This document shows, piece after piece, positions 9,944 to 18,423 of a stretch of DNA of 64,000 bases (positions are counted from its first letter, which is position 1; each line of letters opens with the position of its first letter). The notes below the pieces were generated by a model. It saw only the letters and a program-made list of their open reading frames with translations. It did not search any database and was not told the DNA's origin. A program made the position numbers and the translations under genes. Source of the DNA: an uncultured Solirubrobacteraceae bacterium (GTDB lineage Bacteria > Actinomycetota > Thermoleophilia > Solirubrobacterales > Solirubrobacteraceae); assembly GCA_963761355.1 (NCBI GenBank), contig CAVXHC010000016.1, positions 2,482 to 66,481 of the forward strand, read 5' to 3'.

Positions 9944-10225
9944 CTACCGCACACGGCCGTCTGAAGGGCCAAGGAAGGCTTCAATGGCCGCCCAGGCGGC
10001 ACCGTGGGTCAACGGACCGAGGCGCAGGGTCCATCCGTCGGCCAACTCCTGGCGGACGGAGGCCTGGAGGTGGGCGATCTCAAGGTGTCGTCGTTGCGCC
10101 TCGGCGCGCTCAAAGCCCGTGGCACCCTGGTAGGTGCCATCGACGCCGTAGCGGCCACCCTCGATTGGCCACACCGACAGCCGGTCGGGAGCGAGCAGGG
10201 GTCCTGTTTCTGCCGGTAGAGCCAC
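9944..10225 (-). CDS. hypothetical protein
   Basis: 93-aa ORF converging on the terminator. Confidence 0.5.
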   Translation of the reverse strand: MALPAETGPLLAPDRLSVWPIEGGRYGVDGTYQGATGFERAEAQRRHLEIAHLQASVRQELADGWTLRLGPLTHGAAWAAIEAFLGPSDGRVR

Positions 10226-10291
10226 AAGCAGCTCATCGGCACGCGGACGCGTTGGAATGAGCGAGAACGGCGCTGTGTCGAACGAAGAGAC

Positions 10292-10338
10292 CAGGGCTGG
10301 GGACCCGGCGGTCGCCGATTCACATCCTGTCTCCCCGA
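10292..10338 (+). other. degenerate 3' fragment of tRNA-Pro(GGG); relic att site
   Basis: CAGGG-CTGGGGA-CCCGG...GGTCGCCGATTCACATCCTGTCTCCCCGA resembles a tRNA-Pro anticodon arm, T arm and acceptor 3' strand. Confidence 0.6.
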
Positions 10339-11056
10339 TGGTGCAACGGGACCGGACTTACGGGCCTTTTGTGCGTTTTGAGGCGGATATAGTCGGACCG
10401 TTGGGGTCCAATTCGGGGGGATGCTGGGGCTTCGTCTCTCCCCAAGTGGGGGATACGGCCTAGGTTGATCCCGCACGCGCTTTGGAGGGCGTACCTTTGC
10501 GAAATCTGAGGCGCGGCCGTGGCAGGGGCGGGAGTGCCGGTGGAATGGCCCGGTGCTCCTGTCCTGCTGCATGAGATCGGCATGCACTTCGAGCAAGCGA
10601 TGAACCACATCGCCAAGGAGGGGAATGATCTTCCCGGGACTCGCGGTTGGGGGCGTCTCCCTAGATAGCTGGCAGGCCGGAGACGCCCCCGGAATCAGCG
10701 AACAGCGAGCAACTTATCGGGCGGCGAGGATGCTTTCCCGTCCGGTCTCGGCGAGATCATGCTCGACGAACGGTGCCCCCACGCCCTGGCAGGCCGGGAC
10801 ACACAACAGCGAATAACGGAGCACATATGCATTTTGAGGTCGTAACCAAGAAGACCACTAACGGCACGCACTACCACGCGCGCATACGTGGCGGCAACAA
10901 CGAGATCATCTTCTCGACCCAGCTCTACACGGCGAAGGAGAGCGCGTGACCGCGGCCACGAGAAACTCCCCACTGGTGGCCACTTAATTCCCCACCCGTC
11001 CGGTTCGGGCTCGACGGTGCGGTGCTCGTGCACCGTCGAGCATCGAAAGGACGCCC

Positions 11057-12550
11057 ATGAAGAGCGGAAGGACGCAGGTGGAGATCATCGCCTTGTATGA
11101 GGAGCTGGGGAGCTATCGCGCGGTGGGTTCGCTCTTGGGCTGCGATCACAAGACGGTCAAGCGCTATGTGCAGGCGGCCGGGGATGCGGGCCAGCTCGCG
11201 CCGGCGTTGGCGCGAGCGCGGGTGACCGACGACTTCTCCGAGCTGATCTCAGAACGCGTGCAGCAGAGCGCAGGGAGGATCACGGCGCGGCGGTTGATGC
11301 GGATCATTCGCACCGCCGGCTATCAGGGCTCTGAGCGCTCGCTGCGCCGTGCGGTCGCCGAGGCGAAGGCGAAGTGGCGCTCAGAGCAGGCGCTCCACGG
11401 ACGGGTCTTTCGGCCATGGGTCTCTGAGCCGGGTGAGTGGATGCTCTGTGACTGGGGCGCGGCGGGCACCGTCCCGACCCCGGCCGGTCCGCGCAAGCTG
11501 TCGTTCTTCTCCTCGGTGTTGGGCTGGTCTCGCTATCGGACGGTGAGCTTCTCCTGCTCAGAGCGCTTCGGCGCGCTCGCGGTCGGCCTCGCGCACAGCT
11601 TCGAGGCGGTCGGCGGCGTTCCGGCGCGGGTGCTGTTCGACAATCCAAAGACGGTCGCCACCGAGCATCTGGCCGGCGCGGCGGTGCTGAACCCCGACCT
11701 GGTCCGCCTGGCGGCCCACTATCGCTTCTCCCCGCGCACGACCGAGCGCCAGGACCCGCAGTCGAAAGGCAAGGTCGAGGCGCTCGTCCGTTTCACGAAG
11801 TCAGACCTCATCCCCTACGAGGGCTTCTCCTCGCTTGATGAGGCAAACCAGGCGGCCGGCGCGTGGTGTGAGGAGGTCAACGGCGAGGTCCACTATGAGA
11901 CTCGCACGCGACCGCTCGAGCGCCTCGGCATCGAGCAGGCGCTATTCCGGGCGCTGCCGGCACAGCGCCCGGCACTGGCCTGCGGTGAAGAGCGCAAGGT
12001 GGATCGCCTAGCGACGGTGCGCTTTCTCTCAGCGCGCTACTCGGTGCCCCATCGCCTGCTCGGCGAGACCGTGCAGGTCACCGCCTCAGACCGCGACGTC
12101 GTGATCATGCACCTGGGCGTCCCGGTCGCCCAGCATCAGCTGCTCGCGCCCGGGGAGGCGTCGATCGCAGACGCCCACTATCCGACGCCGGCGCCGTCGG
12201 GTGTGCGCCCCTTGCGGCCACGCACGCCTTCAGAGCACGCGTTCCTGGCTCTCGGCTCAGAGGCTGAGGACTACCTGCGCAGTGCCGCGGCGGCCGGCAC
12301 CCCCCGCCTTTACGAGCGCTTGGATGAAGCGCTCGTGCTCGCGCGCACGCGTGGAGAGGACCAGACGCGGGCGGCGCTGTCTCGCGCGAGCAGGTTCTCT
12401 CGCTTTGGAAACGGCGATCTCAGCTCGATCGCCGACGGGCTCGGAGGCGTGGCGCCGGCGAGCGTCTCAGAGGCAGCGCCGCTCAAGCTCGAGGGCCTGC
12501 CGAAGGTGGCGGTCCGCCCTCTGAGCGACTACCGCCGGGCGCGGGCATGA
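11057..12550 (+). CDS. istA: IS21 transposase
   Basis: N-terminal HTH; CDWG...FDNPKT...SKGKVE DDE core; Mu-like C-terminus. Confidence 0.95.
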   Translation: MKSGRTQVEIIALYEELGSYRAVGSLLGCDHKTVKRYVQAAGDAGQLAPALARARVTDDFSELISERVQQSAGRITARRLMRIIRTAGYQGSERSLRRAVAEAKAKWRSEQALHGRVFRPWVSEPGEWMLCDWGAAGTVPTPAGPRKLSFFSSVLGWSRYRTVSFSCSERFGALAVGLAHSFEAVGGVPARVLFDNPKTVATEHLAGAAVLNPDLVRLAAHYRFSPRTTERQDPQSKGKVEALVRFTKSDLIPYEGFSSLDEANQAAGAWCEEVNGEVHYETRTRPLERLGIEQALFRALPAQRPALACGEERKVDRLATVRFLSARYSVPHRLLGETVQVTASDRDVVIMHLGVPVAQHQLLAPGEASIADAHYPTPAPSGVRPLRPRTPSEHAFLALGSEAEDYLRSAAAAGTPRLYERLDEALVLARTRGEDQTRAALSRASRFSRFGNGDLSSIADGLGGVAPASVSEAAPLKLEGLPKVAVRPLSDYRRARA

Positions 12551-13299
12551 GCGAGCTTGATCCCGAGCTCGAGGCCGGGCTTCGCCGACTGCGCCTGCGC
12601 GGCATGCGCGAGGTCGCACCCGATCTGTTGCAGACAGCCAAGACCCAGCGCTGGGCGCCGGGGGAACTGCTCGCGACGCTCGTGCGCGAGGAGATCAGAG
12701 CGCGCGAGGCCTCAAACGAGCGCGCCCGCCTGAAGGCCGCCGGGTTCCCTGCCCAGAAGACGCTCGAGGGCTTTGACATCAAGGTTTCAGAGTTGCCGCG
12801 CGCCACGTTCGACTTCCTCGCCTGCCTGGAGTGGCTTGATCGCAAGGAAAATCTCTGCCTGGCCGGCCCGAGTGGCGTCGGCAAGAGCCATCTCGCCCAG
12901 GGTCTCGGGCGCGCCGCGATCGCCACCGGCAAGAGGGTCCGCTTCTTTCAGGCCGACCAGCTGATCGAGGCGCTCTACCGGGGCCTTGCGGACAACACCG
13001 TGGGCAAGCTGATCGAGCGCTTGCTGCGCAACGACTTCGTCGTGATCGATGACCTTGGCTTCACTGCGCTTGATCGCGTCGCCGCAGACCACCTCTTCCG
13101 CTTCATCGCCGCCGCCTATGAGCAGCGCTCGGTAGCGATCACGACCAACGTCGATTTCGAGCGCTGGACCCAATTCCTGCCCGACGCAGCCACGGCGACA
13201 GCGATCCTCGACCGCTTCCTTCATCACTGCCACGTGGTCACGCTTGAAGGCGAGAGCTTCCGCCTTCGTGAGGCGCGCGAGCTGGTCACGCCGGCATGA
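12547..13299 (+). CDS. istB: IS21 helper ATPase
   Basis: GPSGVGKS Walker A; VVIDDLG Walker B; ATGA overlap with istA. Confidence 0.95.
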   Translation: MSELDPELEAGLRRLRLRGMREVAPDLLQTAKTQRWAPGELLATLVREEIRAREASNERARLKAAGFPAQKTLEGFDIKVSELPRATFDFLACLEWLDRKENLCLAGPSGVGKSHLAQGLGRAAIATGKRVRFFQADQLIEALYRGLADNTVGKLIERLLRNDFVVIDDLGFTALDRVAADHLFRFIAAAYEQRSVAITTNVDFERWTQFLPDAATATAILDRFLHHCHVVTLEGESFRLREARELVTPA

Positions 13300-13562
13300 G
13301 AAGGACAAGAGCAGTGATCCGGATCCGCAGATGTCCCGGAGACCCCCCTTGGCGGCGGCGGCGGCGATCTCTGACTCCACTCGCGCTACGCGCTTCGCTC
13401 CGTGAGAGATCGCCGCAACCCCATGGTCGTGGCTCTATAGGGGTGGGGAATTATCTGGCCACCAGTGGGGATTCTTGTTGGCCCTTGACAAGCGCGAAGC
13501 ACGCTTGCGAAATCGTGAAAGCGCAAGCAGCGAGTTCGCAGATCTACGAAGTGACGGAGTAG

Positions 13563-13763
13563 CTATCCGTCGCTGAGTCGGATCAACTCCACCGGCGGTA
13601 TCTCCGCCGCGTGCTTGAGTACACAGTCCCAGCTACAGAAGTGCAGCGTGCGGCCAGCATCCTCCGTGATCGTCAAAAATGACATTCGCGGACGGGTGCT
13701 GACTGTGCGCGTGTGCGCCTCGCACTCCCGCCAGTCGCAGTAGAAGATGCGCTCGATGCTCAT
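13563..13763 (-). CDS. small putative Zn-binding protein
   Basis: YCDWREC...HFCSWDC; abuts the stop of the YegP-like gene. Confidence 0.6.
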   Translation of the reverse strand: MSIERIFYCDWRECEAHTRTVSTRPRMSFLTITEDAGRTLHFCSWDCVLKHAAEIPPVELIRLSDG

Positions 13764-13770
13764 AGAACCC

Positions 13771-13970
13771 TCATGCGGGGTTCGTCAGACCAGCTGCGCC
13801 TCCTGCTCTGCCGGTCCACCCGTGGTAGTACAGGGCGTGGCCCTCGGGAGTTCGCTTGGAGGCGATGTCGGCGGCTGTTTCGCCGGGCTGTAGCTTCGCG
13901 GCTACCTCGCGCCAGCGGTAGAGCGTCTGCCGGCTGACCCGATCACCTCGGCCAACTGATCGCGCGGCAT
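13771..13970 (-). pseudogene. frameshifted HTH DNA-binding protein
   Basis: MPRDQLAEVIG in one frame continues as VSRQTLYRWRE in another; one base missing at ATCGGGTCAGC. Confidence 0.6.
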
Positions 13971-14042
13971 GCCCACCTTGGCGGAGGGTGTGCGAGTGGC
14001 GTGGCGAAGGAAGGGGGCCTTCCCACTGGCCAGCTTGGTGGC

Positions 14043-15089
14043 TCACTGCGCGGCATCCGCGAAAGCCATGCCGCTGCTGATCGCTATGCGGTTCCATGCA
14101 TTGATCGCTGCGATCGCGAGGATGAGATTGGCAAGCTCCTCTTGGACGAACTCGCTGGCGGCGCGCTGATAGACAGCGTCCGGCACGCCGCGATTGCCGA
14201 TCTGCGTGATCGTGTCGGTGAGTTCAAGCGCCGCGCGCTCGCGCCGCGTGAACAGCGGGCTCTCGCGCCAAGCGGCCAGCGCATAGAGGCGTTGCTCGCT
14301 CTCCCCGAGCTGGCGTGCCGCTTGCGCGTGCAGCTCGATGCAGTACGCGCACCCGTTGAGCATTGAAGTCCGGATCTTGACTAGCTCCCGAATTGCTGGG
14401 TCAAACTCGATTGAGCGGTCGAAGCTTGCCATGGCGCGATAGGCGTCACGCGCGGCATCTCGTACGGCCACTCGTGCGGCAGGGTCAAGTCGCGGAGCAG
14501 GATGAATGCTTGCTCTCGTGCCGCGAGCCGCGGGCACGATGATCTCGCCCAACCGTTCCGCCGCGCCCTCGGTGTGCTCGCGCGCCGTGACGGCGGCCGC
14601 GATGGCGTCGCGCTGGTCCTGATTCAGGCGCTTCGGAACGCATTCCAGGTCTAGGTCCGCGAGGGCTCTGGCAGACCAGCGGGCCCGGCTCTCCTCGCCT
14701 CGCGGACCTGCCCAGCGTGTCCATGAAGCGGTGGGGAACACCTCAATGACCTCCGCGGTGCACCCGTCGAGCGCGTCGTACAGCTGGCGGCCATGCTCGA
14801 CCCATTCGTAGTAGCGATTGCCGCGAGCGCGCGCTTGGTCCGGCGTCCACCGGATGCCGCAGACCTCGTTGTTCACCCGCCGCTCGCATTCGCGAGTCTT
14901 CTCGCCATCCGGCGCGTAGCAGCACGGGCTGTCGATCGCCACGACAGCTGGATGCTCTGCCTCGACGACGCCCAGCACCTGATCGCCAGTCAAATGGCCC
15001 TTGATGTCAATGAGCCGCCGTCGGTCGATCAGGGCCGCGTCGAAGCCCTTCCGTTCCCCACCGACGTCAACGCCCAGCCATGTCGTCAC
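14043..15089 (-). CDS. DUF429 (RNase H-like) domain fused to a carboxymuconolactone decarboxylase/AhpD-like domain
   Basis: WLGVDVGG...VAIDSP...RECER...IEVFP...DAIAAA, then ELVKIRTSMLNGCAYCIELH...AAINAWNRI. Confidence 0.85.
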   Translation of the reverse strand: MTTWLGVDVGGERKGFDAALIDRRRLIDIKGHLTGDQVLGVVEAEHPAVVAIDSPCCYAPDGEKTRECERRVNNEVCGIRWTPDQARARGNRYYEWVEHGRQLYDALDGCTAEVIEVFPTASWTRWAGPRGEESRARWSARALADLDLECVPKRLNQDQRDAIAAAVTAREHTEGAAERLGEIIVPAARGTRASIHPAPRLDPAARVAVRDAARDAYRAMASFDRSIEFDPAIRELVKIRTSMLNGCAYCIELHAQAARQLGESEQRLYALAAWRESPLFTRRERAALELTDTITQIGNRGVPDAVYQRAASEFVQEELANLILAIAAINAWNRIAISSGMAFADAAQ

Positions 15090-15175
15090 CGCTGGGATCA
15101 TGCCCGAAAGGGCTGCTGACCGAGCGCCTCATCCCTCGCTGGGGTGCGCGTTGACCTGCTGGCAACCATCGCGGC

Positions 15176-16282
15176 GTGAGCGTCGTGGAGCAGTGGAGGC
15201 TTGGATTTGCGCTGAGCGCCGTCGGGCCTGCCTGGGACCCGACCAAGGACCCGCATATTCCAGGACACACAGTCACGGAACTCTTAGTCCGTGCGGGGCT
15301 GCACGACCGCGAGCAAAGTGCGCTCGCGATCATCTCGGCAAGCCGGGCGGAGCTGCAAGCAGGGTTCGCGGACCTGAAGGCGAGCGGGAGGCGTTATGCG
15401 TGGGAGTGTCGGCCGTTCGCGTCGGCACCGTTCCTTCGAGTGGCGGACGGCGGCTTGGTCTTGCTTGGCCGCCCGTGGATCCTCAGCTGGCTCGGCGAGG
15501 GCTTTCACTACCGGGCGATGCGAGTCGCACAGACCGAGGACGCGAGTCGATCAGAAGGTCGCGCGAACCACGTTCAGAACTTCACGGCCTACACGGGTCA
15601 GGTCTTCGAGCGGTACTGCCTGAAGCTCGCTCAGGAAGCCTTCCGTCCGCCCGCTGTGGTGCTCGGAGAGCAGCAGTACGGGAAGGGGGGTGGTAGCAAG
15701 ACCAGCGACATAGTGGTCAGTTTCGGCCAGGACCTTGTCCTGTTCGAGGCGAATGCACGCCGAGTGGGCGCGGAGGCGCTTGTAACCGGCGATCCCCTCG
15801 AAGCGACCGAGGAGCTAACCAGGCTGCTCGTCAAGAAGATCAATCAACTCGGAACCTGCATAGCAGCCCTGTTATCCGGCAATGCGGCGATACCCGGTGT
15901 TGACGTGGCCAGGGTGAAGCGAATCTGGCCAATAGTCGTATCTCAGGGGCACGTCTGGCAGACGGCAAACCTGTGGACCTATCTCGACACAGCGCGCGAC
16001 GCCGAGAAGTGCAAGTCGCTTGGAGCCGCGAAGGTGCAACCCTTGCAAGTGATGGACGCCCGCGACTTGGAGAAGTTGTTGGCTCTGGCTGCGCAGGGCA
16101 ACGACCTCTCCCGGCTGTTGCGGCGTAAGGTCGGCGGGCCGTATCAACGGCGTGACCTGGCCGTGTGGCTGCATGAGGATCCACGTGCGCCTAGCGACGA
16201 AGCGCGGCTACCCGCGCTAAAGGCGGTCTGGAACGCGATGACGGAAGAAGTACGAGATGTGTTCGGCCCGGATGAGACGTAG
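15176..16282 (+). CDS. hypothetical protein with PD-(D/E)XK-like nuclease motif
   Basis: GQVFERYC...KTSDIVV...LVLFEANARR. Confidence 0.6.
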   Translation: MSVVEQWRLGFALSAVGPAWDPTKDPHIPGHTVTELLVRAGLHDREQSALAIISASRAELQAGFADLKASGRRYAWECRPFASAPFLRVADGGLVLLGRPWILSWLGEGFHYRAMRVAQTEDASRSEGRANHVQNFTAYTGQVFERYCLKLAQEAFRPPAVVLGEQQYGKGGGSKTSDIVVSFGQDLVLFEANARRVGAEALVTGDPLEATEELTRLLVKKINQLGTCIAALLSGNAAIPGVDVARVKRIWPIVVSQGHVWQTANLWTYLDTARDAEKCKSLGAAKVQPLQVMDARDLEKLLALAAQGNDLSRLLRRKVGGPYQRRDLAVWLHEDPRAPSDEARLPALKAVWNAMTEEVRDVFGPDET

Positions 16283-16438
16283 GCCCAGCGTAGGCGCCGT
16301 GCTTTCCACAAACCGCGCCCGTCGAAGGCAGCGTGCGAGCCCAGCGACCCGTCTGACGGGGTACGCCGGGCTCTGCGGCCCGTTCGTGAGAGACTCGGTC
16401 TTTCACCCGCACGAGCCGCATGAGGGGAGCAGATTGGC

Positions 16439-18322
16439 TCAGATGGCGAGAGGGTCGTCGTCCCAGAACAGGGCGTCGGGCGCCGACTCGCCGCCTTTGA
16501 GCCGTGCGCGGACGTCAGAGATGCGGCGAGCCCGGGCTAGGAAGTAATCAACGAGGTCCTTACCGAGGAGTCGCCCCTGTACACACGCTGCGAGCGCTTC
16601 TCCAGCGATGTGTTCGGCGAACGGCGCGACGTTCTCGACGGTCGATAGTGCTAGCGGGCCGCCATGGACGAGTGCGTTCCGCGTACGCAGGCGGCGACGC
16701 TCCAGCCTCTCGCCTCGATCGCGGATCTCGTCCCACCAGGCGAGGGTGGCCTTGCCTGTGGCCGTTTTGTTTTTCAGTTCCAGGAGGGCTCGCTCGCCGT
16801 TGCCGCCCGGCGGGAGCCGGTCGAGTAGCCACGGCGTCTCCGTGAGAACGGCGCGAAGGTCGATCGCTCGGCGTTCTCCCCCCATTGCGAGTGCCAGCGG
16901 CGGATGCCGGAAGATTTCGAGCCAGCGTTCCCGGTTCGGAGAGCCTTCCGGGGCAGCGGAGAACGCGGGGTCGCCCCAGACGGCGGTGAACCCGGTCTGC
17001 ATGATGGTGCGACGAATCTCGTTGTACGCCCACCAGGGAATTAAGTCGGAGCGGACGAACCTCGGTCGTGAGCTGACGCCGGCCCAGCCGCAGATCGCCT
17101 CGACGATCCGGTCAAACAGAACAAGTCGCAGTGGTGCGGGCGATGTCCGGGCGTCCCGGAGCCAACCCAGGAGAGTCGCCGCCGCGTGCACCGCTGGGTC
17201 CCTTACTGGCAGGTGCGCACCGAGTCGCTCGGCTACTTCTTGGAGGCCCTCGCTCGTGCGGTCCTCCGCGACGTCGATCCGCTCTTGCACTGTCGGGCCC
17301 TCGACGACGGGAGGTGCGTACGACCCACCTCCTTCACCGTCCACGAAATATACGTAGCTCTCGTCGAGTCTCCAGACCGTCGGCTCGGCCCCGTAGAGTC
17401 CGCCGAGTGACGCGATGGTCTGCGCGGTGTCGCGTGCGATCCGGACGGCTTGGGACGTGAGCTCCTTCCCGACATCTATTCGCACGTATGCAATGGGACG
17501 ATCCTGTTCGTCGGTTTGCTCGCCGCTCGGCTCGCAAAATTCCTTCAGGTCTTCGCTCATCGCGTCTGGGGGCAGGTTGTGGTGTGGAGCCGGCGCCGCG
17601 AGCGCTGAGCGAAGCCATTCTCCGCGGTAGATACGGACCGAGTCCCCGATGTCGATCCACGCGTCGAGGAGTCGCGCGAAGATGTAGCGCAGCCACACGA
17701 CCACATCAGCGCGGCTGGGTGGCTCCCGGAGCACTGTTTCGGCGGCCGTGAGGCGATCGGCCGCTGGTCGGGGATCTTCTTCCTTCTGTCTGGCTTCGGC
17801 GTCAATCAGCTGCATGCTCAGCATCCCGCGCAAACGGTTTGCGTCGTGACCTATCCACTGACCCAGCGCAAGGAGTTGACGTGCAGCCTGCTCCGCTGGG
17901 CCGGGGTGCGCAGCGGAATGGGTGAGATCACGCCATGTAGCGACCAGCGTCTCGACGTCTTGACAGCCATCTCGAATCGCGGTGACGAGATGCCTCAGGC
18001 GCTGTCGAAGCGCGAAGTCGTGGCGCGTCTCGGCCCTGTTGAGGTGCCCGCGGCACTCTTCGAGCTGATCGCATAGCGCGCTCGATCCCACTGTCTGCTG
18101 CGTCTGCTTGCCCAGTGCATTCAGGGCGCCCGTCACGTCGTCGATCAGCGACGCCCAATTCACTCCTGGCGCGCCGTACCACTGGCGCTCATCCTCCAGC
18201 CAGATCGACAGCTCCTCGACGGCGTCCGGTAGTCGCAGACGCTCGGCGCCCGGCTGTTCTCGCTGTGCGGTCTGCAGCGCGGCTTCAACGCCGCGGATGA
18301 CGTCCTCAGGTTCGGGCGGCAC
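16439..18322 (-). CDS. large protein with C-terminal HEPN motif (ApeA-like)
   Basis: 627 aa; RLRTRNALVHGG contains Rx4H; TAGGAT 6 nt before the GTG. Confidence 0.65.
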   Translation of the reverse strand: MPPEPEDVIRGVEAALQTAQREQPGAERLRLPDAVEELSIWLEDERQWYGAPGVNWASLIDDVTGALNALGKQTQQTVGSSALCDQLEECRGHLNRAETRHDFALRQRLRHLVTAIRDGCQDVETLVATWRDLTHSAAHPGPAEQAARQLLALGQWIGHDANRLRGMLSMQLIDAEARQKEEDPRPAADRLTAAETVLREPPSRADVVVWLRYIFARLLDAWIDIGDSVRIYRGEWLRSALAAPAPHHNLPPDAMSEDLKEFCEPSGEQTDEQDRPIAYVRIDVGKELTSQAVRIARDTAQTIASLGGLYGAEPTVWRLDESYVYFVDGEGGGSYAPPVVEGPTVQERIDVAEDRTSEGLQEVAERLGAHLPVRDPAVHAAATLLGWLRDARTSPAPLRLVLFDRIVEAICGWAGVSSRPRFVRSDLIPWWAYNEIRRTIMQTGFTAVWGDPAFSAAPEGSPNRERWLEIFRHPPLALAMGGERRAIDLRAVLTETPWLLDRLPPGGNGERALLELKNKTATGKATLAWWDEIRDRGERLERRRLRTRNALVHGGPLALSTVENVAPFAEHIAGEALAACVQGRLLGKDLVDYFLARARRISDVRARLKGGESAPDALFWDDDPLAI

Positions 18323-18423
18323 GCTGGGATCCTACGCGCCTCTAGGTCCCCAATAACTCGGCTGGATAGTGCACCGCGGCCGGCTGGAGCCAGCCGCGGG
18401 TTCAACGTGAACACCCAACTCCT

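Larger units (their letters stand above)
10947..13490 (+). mobile_element. IS21-family insertion sequence, 2544 bp
   Basis: TG...CA ends; ~50-bp imperfect IRs (CCCCACTGGTGGCCA core); 6-bp TSD AGCGCG at 10941-10946 and 13491-13496. Confidence 0.95.
10827..13562 (+). pseudogene. YegP/DUF1508-like protein split by IS21 (10827-10946 plus 13497-13562)
   Basis: Removing the IS and one TSD gives MHFEVVTKKTTNGTHYHARIRGGNNEIIFSTQLYTAKESAKHACEIVKAQAASSQIYEVTE (61 aa). Confidence 0.85.

Noticed and set aside
9645-10133. 162-aa + strand ORF
   Set aside because: An off-frame shadow of the 42-aa basic gene that runs through its terminator
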